Of a stretch of 64,000 nucleotides of DNA, positions 26,655 to 37,249 are shown one piece after another. Position numbers and translations under genes: made by a program. The stretch's first letter is position 1. Each line of letters opens with the position of its first letter. Source of the DNA: Leptolyngbyaceae cyanobacterium (lineage in GTDB: Bacteria; Cyanobacteriota; Cyanobacteriia; Phormidesmidales; Phormidesmidaceae); the NCBI GenBank assembly GCA_965263355.1, contig CBDHHL010000045.1:38077-102076 (forward strand), read 5' to 3'. Under the pieces are notes generated by a model. It was not told where the DNA came from. It worked only from the letters and a program-made list of their open reading frames with translations, and did no database searches.

Positions 26655-27740
26655 TTGATGCAGGGGTTGTCATGGCCTCTGCTGTCTTGTTTTTTTGAAA
26701 TGGTCATGAAAACAGGTTTATTCCCCACCCCTGGCAGCAAAAAAGATCGCGTTAAGTATCCTATATGGGACAGACGCTATGTTTATGATGCCAGCATTGA
26801 ACCTTTTGCCTGTGCTGGCCACTTCAGTCATTGGATGCTCGGTAACGGAATTGTTAAGCGGGCTTTCTTGGCTGATATAGATCCTGTTGTCCAGATAGTT
26901 TATCGATGCTGGCAAGATGACAGTTTAAGGCAGCAAGTAGAGAAGACTATTAATAATTGGTCTAAAGAAGTGCTCTCGAAGGGGCCAAAAGTTGTTTATG
27001 AAAATCTTAAAGTCATTGTTGATACTAAAGATGTAAGCGACTGTGTAACACTTGCTGCTGCATCTCTGTTAATTCGCGAGTTCACGTTTATGAGCTGCCT
27101 CAGGGCGAATACTAAGGGGCGATTAAACGTAAAAGAGAGTCGCGATAAGGTAGCCAGTCTCAAAAAAAAGTCTGGGCTTGTGAAAAATGAGCCTCAACTG
27201 TCGCCAGAGTTACTTGAATCCTTGAATGATGGCTGGGGTTATAAGATGCCTTGGTTTGGCCCTGATTGGAGGCTTCACTTTTCTAATGACGCTCATACTT
27301 GCATTGATAGTTTTGAACTGTCTTTTACTGGCAAGGCGATCGCTTTGCATGATGCGCCTTATTGGGTGCCGAAAGGCTCTAGACCGGGACGACGGGGGAC
27401 AGGTGCATTAACACCGTCGTATATCTGCCATGGTGATCCGCAAGGGAGCGATTTGTTTGACTTGATTGTTAGCACGTTAGAAAGGCTGTTGGCTAACCCT
27501 CGAATTGAACGGGTTGTGATGACTAATTATATTTCAGACCCATTATGTGACGCGATTGAACGGATGGATAAGCTTGGCCGTGATTGGCGGCTAACATCTC
27601 TTAGCGTTTTGACTGGGGGCAACAACGGGATTAACGGCAATAGTCGAGACGATCAGTTTGTCGAGGGGTTTTGGGAATTTGGGGGGAATTTTACGTTGGG
27701 CAAATATGAGCAAAAAAGTTTACTGGAGCTGGTGGTTTGA
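26655..27740 (+). CDS. Dam-like (D12 class) DNA adenine methyltransferase
   Basis: FPTPGSK, IEPFACAG, LADID; catalytic motif variant DAPY. Confidence 0.7.
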   Translation: MMQGLSWPLLSCFFEMVMKTGLFPTPGSKKDRVKYPIWDRRYVYDASIEPFACAGHFSHWMLGNGIVKRAFLADIDPVVQIVYRCWQDDSLRQQVEKTINNWSKEVLSKGPKVVYENLKVIVDTKDVSDCVTLAAASLLIREFTFMSCLRANTKGRLNVKESRDKVASLKKKSGLVKNEPQLSPELLESLNDGWGYKMPWFGPDWRLHFSNDAHTCIDSFELSFTGKAIALHDAPYWVPKGSRPGRRGTGALTPSYICHGDPQGSDLFDLIVSTLERLLANPRIERVVMTNYISDPLCDAIERMDKLGRDWRLTSLSVLTGGNNGINGNSRDDQFVEGFWEFGGNFTLGKYEQKSLLELVV

Positions 27741-28153
27741 TGAATATTTGCAAAAAAGTTTTTATCTCTAGCCCATATACATTAGGGGATACAGCTGCAA
27801 ACGTGAGGCTGCAGCATGACGCGTTCAATGCGTTGTTGCAGCTGGGTCATGCTCCACTTGCGCCATTGTTTTCTCACTATCATGAGTTGATTTATCCTCA
27901 ACCTTATGAAATGTGGTTGCGGTGGTGCATGCCCTGGGTAGCTGCATCTGATTGTGTTCTAAGACTTCCAGGGATCAGCTCAGGTGCCGACAGGGAATGC
28001 GAGTTCGCGAGGGAAAACGGTGTCATTGTTTTTGATAGCTGGATGACCGCAAAATCTGGGTTGATTTTGCCTAAATTTGAAGGAACTAAAGCAGCTGGAA
28101 TTTTAGAGAAATTATTTTCAAATGACAATTGGAGGTTGGAGAATGAAGCTTAA
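27737..28153 (+). CDS. DUF4406/nucleoside 2-deoxyribosyltransferase-like protein
   Basis: VFISSPYT, SDCVLRLPG.SSGADRE. Confidence 0.75.
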   Translation: MMNICKKVFISSPYTLGDTAANVRLQHDAFNALLQLGHAPLAPLFSHYHELIYPQPYEMWLRWCMPWVAASDCVLRLPGISSGADRECEFARENGVIVFDSWMTAKSGLILPKFEGTKAAGILEKLFSNDNWRLENEA

Positions 28154-29157
28154 AGCGCCTTTCCCTTGGTTTGGTGGGAAAAGCCGAGCCGCCCATTTGA
28201 TCTGGCAAGCGTTTGGGGATACACCAAACTATGTGGAGCCGTTCGCTGGCAGTCTGGCCACTGTGTTGTTACGGGAAGGATATAATCCGTTGCGACATAT
28301 TGAAACGGTCAACGACTTAGACTGTTATGTAGCCAACTTTTGGCGCGCATTGCAGCATGATCCTGATGGTGTTTGCCATTGGTGCGATCAGCCAGTCAAT
28401 GAAGCTGACCTACATGCTAGACATAAGTGGCTGATCTCTCGTACTGATTTCAGGGAAAAGATGCTAAGAGATCCTGACTTTTATGATGTCAAGGTTGCTG
28501 GCTGGTGGGTGTGGGGGCTGTGCTGTTGGATTGGCTCAGGGTGGTGTCGTCTAGATGAGGCAGCTTCAACACAGCTACCTCATCTAGACGACACTGGGCG
28601 GGGAGTTCATCGCAAAAGGCCCGATTTACGTTTCGGTCGGGGAGTTCATCGCAAAAGGCCTCATTTAGGTGACACTGGGCAGGGAGACTTGCTTGAGTAT
28701 CTTCATGCACTGGCTGACAGGCTGCGGCGTGTTCGTGTTTGTTGTGGGGACTGGCAACGGGTTTTAGGCCCATCTCCTACCCATAAAATAGGGCTTACAG
28801 CGATTTTGTTGGACCCACCCTATCGTCAGGATTTAAGAGCGGATCTTTACTCAGTAGAAACTGAAGTGAGCGAAAAAGTTGGAGAATGGGCGACGGAGAA
28901 CGGGAAAAACCCTAGCCTAAGGATCGTGTTGTGTGGCTATGAGTGAACATAAGATGCCTGGAGACTGGCGTAAAGTGCGCTGGAAATGTGGCAAAGGATA
29001 TGCAGGACAGAACACTAAAGCGGAGAACAACAATCGAGACCTAGAAACACTCTGGTTGTCTCCAGCTTGCTTGCCTGTGGAAGGTGAGTTCTATATAGAC
29101 GGTCGAAAAACTACAAGCAAAAAACAGCTGGATATTTGGGAGGTATTGCCAGCGTAA
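28143..29157 (+). pseudogene. DNA adenine methyltransferase, frameshifted near 28944
   Basis: PFPWFGGKS, YVEPFAGS, LDPPY; LCGYE* continues as EHKMPGDW in another frame. Confidence 0.75.
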
Positions 29158-29208
29158 ATAACCCACGACTTAGCGGCCCTAAGCAGTTAAAATTTTACAG
29201 GAATTATT

Positions 29209-29874
29209 ATGTGGACATTAGAACAAATTAAGAACGAAGTTGAAAAATACGAACAGTCCAGAAAGATTAGAACCAAAATCTTAAATATGATTTGCCAGGG
29301 TGGGGGCCATGTTCTGCCGCCGTCTCGATCAGGTGCTGTTTTAAGTGCATTTCGTCGGGCTGGATTGCTCATAGAAGACAATGAGCTTGCCCCTGGAGTC
29401 CGTGAAATATGGATGAAGTATAAAAAACTTGAACCATTTACTGAGGTTGAATTAATCGAAACAGCGTTTGAGTTATTAACTGATATTCAGGCTAGAGAAT
29501 TCGAGAGTTTCTTGACTATGCACACTCCTATGAATCAGCGGGTCCGTGATGCACTTCTAAGGTTAAAGTTAATAGAGTCTGGCCCAGGTCGTTATGATTT
29601 TCATGCGACTGAGCTGGTCAGAAAGCTATGGTTCAAAAGCAATAGGCAACGGACAATTCAAACAGAGATATATTCTAGACCAAGAATTTTTAGACAAGAC
29701 CCAATCCGTGAAGTTTCCCCGTTTGCTGGCTTGGAATATACAGATATGTTGGAATATCAAGTTTTAAGGGAAAGCCAAAAAGATCATGTTTTTGCGCTGC
29801 TGCGTGACGGGGAAATTGCTAAAGCGAAATTATATTTGAGGCGAACTAAGCGTGAATTGTCCAGAAGAAATTAA
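29209..29874 (+). CDS. hypothetical protein
   Basis: AGGA Shine-Dalgarno; 221 aa. Confidence 0.65.
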   Translation: MWTLEQIKNEVEKYEQSRKIRTKILNMICQGGGHVLPPSRSGAVLSAFRRAGLLIEDNELAPGVREIWMKYKKLEPFTEVELIETAFELLTDIQAREFESFLTMHTPMNQRVRDALLRLKLIESGPGRYDFHATELVRKLWFKSNRQRTIQTEIYSRPRIFRQDPIREVSPFAGLEYTDMLEYQVLRESQKDHVFALLRDGEIAKAKLYLRRTKRELSRRN

Positions 29875-30115
29875 AATAATTGCTCGTCAAAATAAAATCA
29901 ATGAGGAAAAAAAGATGATGACAATGATTAGACTTTTTGTTTCTTTCAGTTGGTATAAGGACGGAGTAGAGGTAGGGAATGGCAGACTTATTTTGCTATT
30001 GTCCGAAGCTAATTATGGGCGTGAAGACTTATTGGATTACATTGAGGAATTCATAAAGAATAGATTCAATGAATCTCGTATGTGCCGTATTGTTTGTTTG
30101 AATGTTTTGCCTTAG
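29852..30115 (+). CDS. hypothetical protein
   Basis: Operonic. Confidence 0.5.
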   Translation: MNCPEEIKIIARQNKINEEKKMMTMIRLFVSFSWYKDGVEVGNGRLILLLSEANYGREDLLDYIEEFIKNRFNESRMCRIVCLNVLP

Positions 30116-30124
30116 GGGAAATTT

Positions 30125-30370
30125 GTGGAACCAGTAGTATTAACGCCTAGGCAGCATGAGATCATTATGCTCATTAGCAAAGGCTGGCATAATAAAAAAA
30201 TTGCCAGAGAGCTTGAAATCACCGTTCGTGTTGTCCGTAGTCATCTTAAGTTTGCCCGTGATAAGAATGGAGCTGTGACGACTGGACAACTAATGTACTG
30301 GATAGGGCAAAGAGGGGTCGTTTCAAGTGATGACCGTGGAAAACATATGAAGCAACTTAGCGCCGCTTAA
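30125..30370 (+). CDS. LuxR/GerE-type HTH protein
   Basis: LTPRQHEIIMLISKGWHNKKIARELEITVRVVRSH. Confidence 0.85.
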   Translation: MEPVVLTPRQHEIIMLISKGWHNKKIARELEITVRVVRSHLKFARDKNGAVTTGQLMYWIGQRGVVSSDDRGKHMKQLSAA

Positions 30371-30584
30371 TCCAGCTCGGAACATAATCAGTACGATCAC
30401 AATTAGCCGCATATTCTCCAATTAACGGCAGTAGAACTTTATCGGCTGCCGCTAATATTTCGTCTCTTAGTAAATCTTGCACTGGGATGCCCAGCTGTCT
30501 AGCCTTTTCAAGTACAGCTGAGTCGATTGGTATCGTAATATTCGCCTTCAAAATCAACCTCCTAAGCCTTTGATATAGTTCCAA
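30357..30584 (-). CDS. hypothetical protein (possible RHH)
   Basis: NITIPIDSAVLEKARQLGIPVQDLLRD. Confidence 0.5.
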   Translation of the reverse strand: MELYQRLRRLILKANITIPIDSAVLEKARQLGIPVQDLLRDEILAAADKVLLPLIGEYAANCDRTDYVPSWIKRR

Positions 30585-31360
30585 ATCATATGATCATCAA
30601 CTATGAAAGCCTCAGCAATCTGCCCCTTGATTGCTGAGGCAAACTTTTCGATGCGGCTAATGGTATCGGGTTCTTTGGCCCTGACATTCTGCCATTCGTC
30701 AGGGCTTTCTATGATTTTCCCCGTCTGATGGTTCGTAATTATTTCGTGGCACCATGGATGTGACGCACCGACTCTGACATCTAAGCCGATTAGGTCTAGT
30801 ACTTTTTTAGTTGTATCGAAACTCAGCATTATTCGACACACAGGGTCTGACCCATTACGCACCTGCCAAGTTTTATCTTCTAAGCCTAGCGCCTGGTGTT
30901 TATCGGCCCCGGCTTCATCCATACCCCTGGGTGCGCCAAACGTGCTGATACTTTCAATAGGAAAACCATTGTCGGCTGCAATCATGCCGAACATCAAAGC
31001 GATCGCACCTCCAAGGCTATGACCAATCAGTTCTAACGGGCTATCTAATAAATTTTCTTTCTGGCAATGCTGCATAAATTTCAAAGCACCATCATAGAAC
31101 CCAGTATGAGCCTTGAAATCTTTGCATTCTTTATGAGGCCAAAAAATTAGATTAGACCGCTTCCAGTCAGACCATAGGGTATCGGTGCCCCTGAAAATAA
31201 TGGTTGTTTTGTTTTCACCCTTGAAATACCAAGCAACATTATTTTCTATCGTTATTTTTTTATAGTGCTCAAGAAAGCCAGCTGGGTTTTGCAGATAAGA
31301 AGCGCGGGCCAGTTGGGCTTGGTAGATGAGTTTAGTTTGCTTCATCTTCGCGGAAAACAA
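30554..31360 (-). CDS. class 3 lipase
   Basis: IFRGT, HTGF, GHSLGG, TFGAPR, DPV, C-terminal DH. Confidence 0.9.
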   Translation of the reverse strand: MFSAKMKQTKLIYQAQLARASYLQNPAGFLEHYKKITIENNVAWYFKGENKTTIIFRGTDTLWSDWKRSNLIFWPHKECKDFKAHTGFYDGALKFMQHCQKENLLDSPLELIGHSLGGAIALMFGMIAADNGFPIESISTFGAPRGMDEAGADKHQALGLEDKTWQVRNGSDPVCRIMLSFDTTKKVLDLIGLDVRVGASHPWCHEIITNHQTGKIIESPDEWQNVRAKEPDTISRIEKFASAIKGQIAEAFIVDDHMIWNYIKGLGG

Positions 31361-31593
31361 TTAGCAATTTCAATGTTTAATACGCCTGCAAAAAATAGCA
31401 GAACGGCTAAGGTGAACGCGAGGGCCACTAATAGACCAAATGCTTGCAAAAAAGACAGTGGGATAATTTTTAGGATCTGCATTAGCAAAAAACCTATCAG
31501 GATAGGTTGCCAGAACCCATTAAATATCTTGTTAATTTTCTTTTTTTTCTTCTTTGAAGTCGCCTTCCCATTTTTTGAATATGCTTTCTTCAT
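31342..31593 (-). CDS. small 2-TM protein, holin candidate (start re-called at MKKAYS)
   Basis: Basic N-terminus plus two TM helices, within the lysis cluster. Confidence 0.5.
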   Translation of the reverse strand: MKKAYSKNGKATSKKKKKKINKIFNGFWQPILIGFLLMQILKIIPLSFLQAFGLLVALAFTLAVLLFFAGVLNIEIANCFPRR

Positions 31594-31750
31594 GTAAGTC
31601 GAACCCCGCGTTAATAATGGCAATTGAGATAGTCGCAAACATCCAGATAATGGCGATCGCTTGCAACACTGAGAATTTAACGAACCACAAAGCGATCGCG
31701 CCAATCAGAGCCATGCTAGAAGTGAATAGCTCTTTCTGCTTTTGAGACAT
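31532..31750 (-). CDS. small 2-TM protein, holin candidate
   Basis: Two TM helices, charged C-terminus. Confidence 0.55.
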   Translation of the reverse strand: MSQKQKELFTSSMALIGAIALWFVKFSVLQAIAIIWMFATISIAIINAGFDLHEESIFKKWEGDFKEEKKEN

Positions 31751-31847
31751 CAGATTTCCCTATAATTGCGGTTTTATTGATGGGGATCAGCTAAGGTGTT
31801 TCCGTCGTTAATGGCAAACAGAAAATGGATTTTGTATTTTACGTTGC

Positions 31848-31886
31848 ATTGCCACTGGCGTTGTTACTGTTAATGCCAGTGGCAAT
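31848..31886. terminator. hairpin after endolysin
   Basis: ATTGCCACTGGC/GCCAGTGGCAAT 12-bp inverted repeat. Confidence 0.45.
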
Positions 31887-31898
31887 TTTCACTGAATA

Positions 31899-32636
31899 TT
31901 ATTCGAACGATTTATAGACTCCTTCATTAAATAGATGGGCTTCAGACTTGCGACGACGTACTAAGCCTTGCAATACTTTGTTGCCGCCTTTAACCCACAT
32001 ATTGAAGGCATCGGCTACGCCTTCGAATTCTTCGTTGTTAACTCGTTTTAATAGCGTGGAATCCTCCAATGCGCCAAGCCCGCAGTTAAACGCAAAGCTG
32101 ACTAACGCCGAAAACTGATCATGGGTCAAGGGTACTGTCACCAGTTCTTGGACCCCATTCATAAAGCGTTTCAAATCCTTGTGCAGCAGATCGTCGGCTT
32201 CATCCTGAGTGATCGTCATGCCTTCTTGAATATGCTTGCCAGTGCTGCCGTAACCGATTGTTAGGACATTTGCAGCGCAATAGTAAGCAGTAAGCTTGCA
32301 GCCCTCAAAAGCTTTGAGTAATTCTAGGCCTTGATCACTAATTCGATTGTATGTCGCTGCTGCAGCACGCACATTAGGATCTGTAGTATCTGCAACTTCG
32401 TAGTCTGTGTGGCTGGGTACGAGATAGACACTATTCCGCCCGTCAACAGTCTTAAATTTTTCACCAGGGTCTTGAGATAGCGTGATATATAAATTGTCAC
32501 GTTCTAATTCGGGTCTTGCTGCAATTATATTGATCCATTCGCCCGCTCTGACGGGTTCTTTCTCGTAGTCCCCCAGCTGATCAGGGGGGACCGGCCTGTG
32601 TTTCAGGAATGAATCCTGTAAAAATGTTACTTTCAT
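31899..32636 (-). CDS. GH24 phage lysozyme (endolysin) with N-terminal accessory domain
   Basis: GLELLKAFEG, LTIGYGST, ALVSFAFNCG, GLVRRR..E; start re-called at MKVTFLQD. Confidence 0.9.
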   Translation of the reverse strand: MKVTFLQDSFLKHRPVPPDQLGDYEKEPVRAGEWINIIAARPELERDNLYITLSQDPGEKFKTVDGRNSVYLVPSHTDYEVADTTDPNVRAAAATYNRISDQGLELLKAFEGCKLTAYYCAANVLTIGYGSTGKHIQEGMTITQDEADDLLHKDLKRFMNGVQELVTVPLTHDQFSALVSFAFNCGLGALEDSTLLKRVNNEEFEGVADAFNMWVKGGNKVLQGLVRRRKSEAHLFNEGVYKSFE

Positions 32637-32640
32637 TTTC

Positions 32641-33504
32641 TTAAAATCCGTAGTTCCATTCTGCGAAATAGCCCCTACTGTCCCCATGCGTGAATACACT
32701 AGCAGACGCTAGGGCCACGCCGTTTCTGATGCACCATGGCCGCAAAATCGCGTTGATCTTGTGGCATGGAATTTGTTTTTTGTTAATAAACACAAGAAAA
32801 TCCGTCCCGTCACCATAGCAATGGCGAGAACGACTCGCGCCGCCTACACGACGGTTGGTTTCAGGGTCGCGATACCAGCTGTTAAATGAAATACTGACTT
32901 TCTCAGGCGTCGTTTGATACGCATCTGCAATAACAGCTCTGAACTTTTCAATAGTTACATCGTGGGCAACAATTCGACTTACAACGCCAGCATCAGCGGG
33001 CTTGCGCCATGATTTTGTTTTCGGGTCGAAATGTAGCGCCTCATACCACTTGTTTCGTCCCTTCCCATAACGAATAGGGGCGCTCATGTTAAAAGTACCA
33101 GAGCTACCAGGCAATGAAAATTTGAAGTCGTAGGCGTTTACAATTGGTTTGGGCTGGTTTTCTATCCCGCCATTAAGTGTTGTGATTGTATTCCCGACTG
33201 CCTTTTGCTTCTTCTGCGCATCAGTGCCGCCGATGACGACGTGTTTTAGGAAACAAAACCAGTTGTGAAATTTTTGCTTTTTTCTTTTTAGTGAAACTTG
33301 AGCATAGTTGCCCTCATCAATTGGTGTGCCTGCATCGTCTTGTTGAGCTTCGGCCCAATTCAGTTCAAGCACGTCGCCTTCATGCAGCTTGAACTTTTGG
33401 TCTTCAGGCAGCTTGCTAGATTGGGTGATTATTCTCAGTAGCCAAGTGTCCTGTTTAGCGGTCAAGGTTTTAGGCATGGCCCTCTCCTGTTCTACAATTT
33501 CCAA
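32641..33504 (-). CDS. peptidase M15A-family cell-wall hydrolase
   Basis: SWYR..NRRVGGASRSRH..G.D and FTHGD zinc ligands. Confidence 0.85.
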   Translation of the reverse strand: MEIVEQERAMPKTLTAKQDTWLLRIITQSSKLPEDQKFKLHEGDVLELNWAEAQQDDAGTPIDEGNYAQVSLKRKKQKFHNWFCFLKHVVIGGTDAQKKQKAVGNTITTLNGGIENQPKPIVNAYDFKFSLPGSSGTFNMSAPIRYGKGRNKWYEALHFDPKTKSWRKPADAGVVSRIVAHDVTIEKFRAVIADAYQTTPEKVSISFNSWYRDPETNRRVGGASRSRHCYGDGTDFLVFINKKQIPCHKINAILRPWCIRNGVALASASVFTHGDSRGYFAEWNYGF

Positions 33505-33946
33505 ATTTGGCCCCTGATGCTACTATTGTATCGAAAGCGGGGTTTTTATTAGCTTGTTTTCTCCTTTTCTCCTTAATCGGCTACTGCCTCGCAATTCATG
33601 GACTGCGGGGTATTTTTTTTCTGGATTTTTAGAATTAAAACTGTAGATATATTTAGATGAAGTCGAATTCAATACGGGAACATTATGGGGCCATGAACGG
33701 CCCCATTTTTTTGTCCACAAGAAGGCAACCAAATGAGGATGGTGCACAAGTGCCATTATCTTTGGCTTTCAAGAATCTGAAACCCTTTATAGAAAGGCAT
33801 TTAGGGGATATGCACAATATCGCTCTAAATTACAGAACTGAAAGCGGAAGTCTGACCCACGGCATCAAAGTTGATGAAGCAACTGGCTATCAGAGAGTTC
33901 GTGCCTCGGATGCCTTAGCTCAAAAATAGACGTTTACCTTATGAAA

Positions 33947-34414
33947 TTAGTCTTTCAAGATAGATATAAATAAAGAAATAGCTCTGTAATAAGAAAATAT
34001 TGAAAGGCTAAATATAAAAATCCAAACAATTGAAGCCCAGTAATACCAGGATTGAGGTGTGTCAAAGTTAATTAAAAAACCCATCATACTTAGAAGAACT
34101 AAACACAAGAAATTACGCGCTGAATCATATATATAGTTTATTAAATTTTCGTATGAGCCGTTTTTTTTCAAAGCTTTAATGACTTGCTTTTCTTCAAGGG
34201 ATGGCAATATTGATAATGCTGTGACTAAAAAGCCGATAGTGATTGCACTAAAGTCAACAGTTGCAAAAAGTATATTAGATATAGTCACTTGAGAGAATGG
34301 GTAGAATTTCACCCAATGTATAACAAGGGCCAATATAAAAGAAAAAAGGGCGCTCAATAGCAATGGATAGCTTTTTTCTATTTGTGCTTCGGGTGAAAGT
34401 TTTCGGGATGTCAT
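33947..34414 (-). CDS. AT-rich 4-TM membrane protein (moron-like)
   Basis: Four hydrophobic helices, low GC. Confidence 0.65.
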   Translation of the reverse strand: MTSRKLSPEAQIEKSYPLLLSALFSFILALVIHWVKFYPFSQVTISNILFATVDFSAITIGFLVTALSILPSLEEKQVIKALKKNGSYENLINYIYDSARNFLCLVLLSMMGFLINFDTPQSWYYWASIVWIFIFSLSIFSYYRAISLFISILKD

Positions 34415-34666
34415 TGGTAATCCTTTGCTCTACGCCCGGTATCGCGCCTAAAACTCTAAGTCCATGATAGTCATGTGTGTTCAGTATGATGGCAAATCAG
34501 GACGCACTATAATCACACATCGGAAGCATATCGCAAACGGCAAATTTTAGGTAAAATTATCCGGCCCTGATGAAAAAATTAAAAAAATAATGGGGGCCAT
34601 CCAGCACCCCCATTGGCAGTTGTATTTTGGTCGTCGTGGGTGCGTGCCTATAAGCCCGATGTTCGT

Positions 34667-35098
34667 TTATTGACCAGGCGCGTCAACAGAAACGAACTCA
34701 GATGTTTGCACAGGGCCATTCTTGTTCAGTTTATTGAACTCGGTGGCCTTGAATTCTTCATCGATCTCATCTAGAAGAATTTTCAGCTCTCGTGGGTTTT
34801 CACCGATTTTCCCGGCGACTTGACGCATCCGGGATGTCATGCCGAGAACAGTGACTTCACCAGCGGCTACTTTGCGCAGCACATCAGCAGTACCATCAAC
34901 CAGATCAATATGTTGAGCCAGCTTTGCATCAATCATGGGGAGAATCGTTTTAGCGATCTCAGTGTATTTATTAATCCCTGGGATAAATCCTTTTAGTGTC
35001 CGTGCTAATCGTGGGTTGATGATTAATAAAACACTACTTAGCGCAGGTGCAATCGCGCCTGCAAGAATCGGGTTTAACGTGTCAAAATTGATGTTCAT
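34667..35098 (-). CDS. hypothetical protein with N-terminal hydrophobic segment (start re-called at MNINFD)
   Basis: ATG at 35098; the upstream extension overlaps another ORF. Confidence 0.55.
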   Translation of the reverse strand: MNINFDTLNPILAGAIAPALSSVLLIINPRLARTLKGFIPGINKYTEIAKTILPMIDAKLAQHIDLVDGTADVLRKVAAGEVTVLGMTSRMRQVAGKIGENPRELKILLDEIDEEFKATEFNKLNKNGPVQTSEFVSVDAPGQ

Positions 35099-35222
35099 AG
35101 TTTCTCGCAGTAGCTTCACGCTAATTTTAACTGTAGCTATCAAAATTGGATATAATGTCCAATGATGAAGTGGTTCAATAGTTACAATTAAGATCCCCTG
35201 TGTCTGCTTGAGCACGGGGTTT

Positions 35223-35450
35223 TTATCTTTTGGGATACCCGCGCAATTTCTCCCAGACATAATCAATTCCCATGACATCCTGCAAATAGCGTACGGCTGC
35301 TGTTCTGACAAAATCGGCTTTCGTTATCCCTGTTGCATTACAATATTCAGCTATCAACGATTCGATTGCTTGAGTAAAAATCACAGTCGTTTTAGAGTCG
35401 CCTTGGTGGTCAGTTGGGGGCATGGTGATATCAATTTGCCGTATCAACAC
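35223..35450 (-). CDS. ribbon-helix-helix protein
   Basis: KTTVIF..IAEYCNATGITKADFVRTAAVRYL. Confidence 0.65.
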   Translation of the reverse strand: MLIRQIDITMPPTDHQGDSKTTVIFTQAIESLIAEYCNATGITKADFVRTAAVRYLQDVMGIDYVWEKLRGYPKR

Positions 35451-35547
35451 AAATCAAATCGTGCTAACGTAGGCTGTATAACGGTTCATAGCCTATTCTA
35501 CGGCTACCTAGGGTCATCTACCGACCGGCCCATTATTTTCACCTCCA

Positions 35548-36312
35548 ATGGATACATGGTTAAGCCCACGCGTAATTGAGCGATGCGGAGACAGAGAACT
35601 AACGCATGAAATCAACCTGGCTCAGGTGCCGGTTAGAATCGGTCGATCTCCTGGGGTATATGAAGCTGATTCGTATATTCGGATTGGTGCTATTGCTCCT
35701 GCCTTAATTCAGAAACGCATTAGTCGATGTCAGGCCACTATTACTTACAGTTCAGACGGAGAATACTATATTAAAGATGGCAACGGGACTGAAAGCGGGC
35801 TAGGCGTTTATTATGATGGGAAGCGAATTGAAACGCCTCTAAAATTACACCCTGGCATCCGTGAATTATTGATTGTTCCTCAGCTTCAAGGGGCTAAATA
35901 TGAATGCCGGTTTCAATGGCTGCAAAGTAAACAGTTAGAGGGGGAGAACGAGGTTGATCCCCTTAAAACGATGGGCGCTCGCAACGTATATCTGGAGTCG
36001 CAGTTAGAGTCTAAAAATGCTGAAAACTCGCAGCTAGTGGGCGATGTGATCGCGTTGCAGGAACAAGTAGAATATTTAACTGCTCAGCATCAAAAAGAGA
36101 AATTAGCAGAAGTTGAGCAAAATCATAAGATTGCTCAACTTTACGCGTCATGGCAGAAATTGAAAAAGCTTTGGACGGTGCTGGGCGTTTTAATCGCGTT
36201 GATTGCAGTCGTTCTACTGGGGATTGACCCTGAGTTGATTAATAAATTGATTAGCGGTGTTATTGTGTCGTTGACTGCTTTTGGCGTGATAAAGACTCAA
36301 TCTGGTGAATAA
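35548..36312 (+). CDS. FHA domain + coiled coil + two C-terminal TM helices
   Basis: VRIGRS, ISRCQA, YYIKD..S..G.Y.DG; coiled coil; TM pair. Confidence 0.75.
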   Translation: MDTWLSPRVIERCGDRELTHEINLAQVPVRIGRSPGVYEADSYIRIGAIAPALIQKRISRCQATITYSSDGEYYIKDGNGTESGLGVYYDGKRIETPLKLHPGIRELLIVPQLQGAKYECRFQWLQSKQLEGENEVDPLKTMGARNVYLESQLESKNAENSQLVGDVIALQEQVEYLTAQHQKEKLAEVEQNHKIAQLYASWQKLKKLWTVLGVLIALIAVVLLGIDPELINKLISGVIVSLTAFGVIKTQSGE

Positions 36313-36320
36313 AAATGTGA

Positions 36321-36357
36321 AATAGACCTAAGCTGTCAACTTTGGATATGCTGTGAG
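36321..36357 (+). repeat. 37-bp direct repeat, left of methyltransferase
   Basis: 35/37 identical to 37250-37286. Confidence 0.85.
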
Positions 36358-36364
36358 ACTCCGT

Positions 36365-37176
36365 TCAGCTTACCAATGCATCCCAGATATCTAGCTGATC
36401 TTTTTCTGCAATAGGTTTCTTGTTGCTAGGCTCTGTTTGCCCCGGTGCCCATACTTCATTAATACGGTTTTTAGCGATCTCAAAATAATCAGTATCTAGT
36501 TCAATCCCAATAAACTTACGACCTAGTTTTTTGGCCGCGACTCCGGTACTACCACTGCCCATAGTAAAGTCTAGGACGGTTTCCCCTGGTAGCGTGTAGG
36601 TTTTGATTAGGTACTCCATGAGAGCAACGGGCTTTTGGGTAGGGTGGAGTCGGTCAATCCTATTCGCATTGCTAACTTGAATAAGATTAGTGGGGTAATA
36701 CTCATCATTGCGAGTGCCATCATTGCGAGTGCCGTTATTGAACACTCCCACCCACTGATTGCCGCTCCCTTTTGTTTTTAATTTCCCTTTCTTTTTTAGA
36801 GGGAAATAACAATGCTTCCCAAACACCAATATATTTTCAGTAACTTTTAGAGGTTGGTATGGGGCATTTGCAAAATTGGCAGCTAGTTTTTTATCCCACA
36901 CCCAATCATATTTATAGTCTTTAATATTACTCATCCTAAGAGCACTACTAAAAGGCTCACTTCCAAATAAAGCTATTGCCCCATTAGGCTTAACTAGTTT
37001 CTTTAATCTCATCCACATTTCATCAAACGGGATTACGCTATCCCATTTGCAAGCGGTCGTGCTCAACCGTAAGGTGGATCTGTAATAATAGCGTCTACAG
37101 TTACTTTGTCAGCTATTAGTTGGCCCATTACATCAAGGCATTCGCCTTGAAATAGTTGAACTAGATCTTCCTTCAC
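36365..37176 (-). pseudogene. N6/N4 (beta class) DNA methyltransferase interrupted by a 5-nt insertion after DPPYG
   Basis: GTG 37176 with GGAGGT Shine-Dalgarno; ITDPPYG-TGA-GC-TTACKWD; HPTQKP, VLDFTMGSGST. Confidence 0.8.
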
Positions 37177-37249
37177 TAATGATCACCTCCTTATTCCATG
37201 ATAAAACTCAACACGATCGCACTAGTACATTATCCCCTGAAAATGCCAG

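Noticed and set aside
26854..26864. 11-nt match TTAAGCGGGCT to spacer 3
   Set aside because: Too short, and the flanks do not match.
33657..33929. 90-aa ORF as a functional gene
   Set aside because: No clear start signal or motif; may be a captured fragment and cannot be supported.
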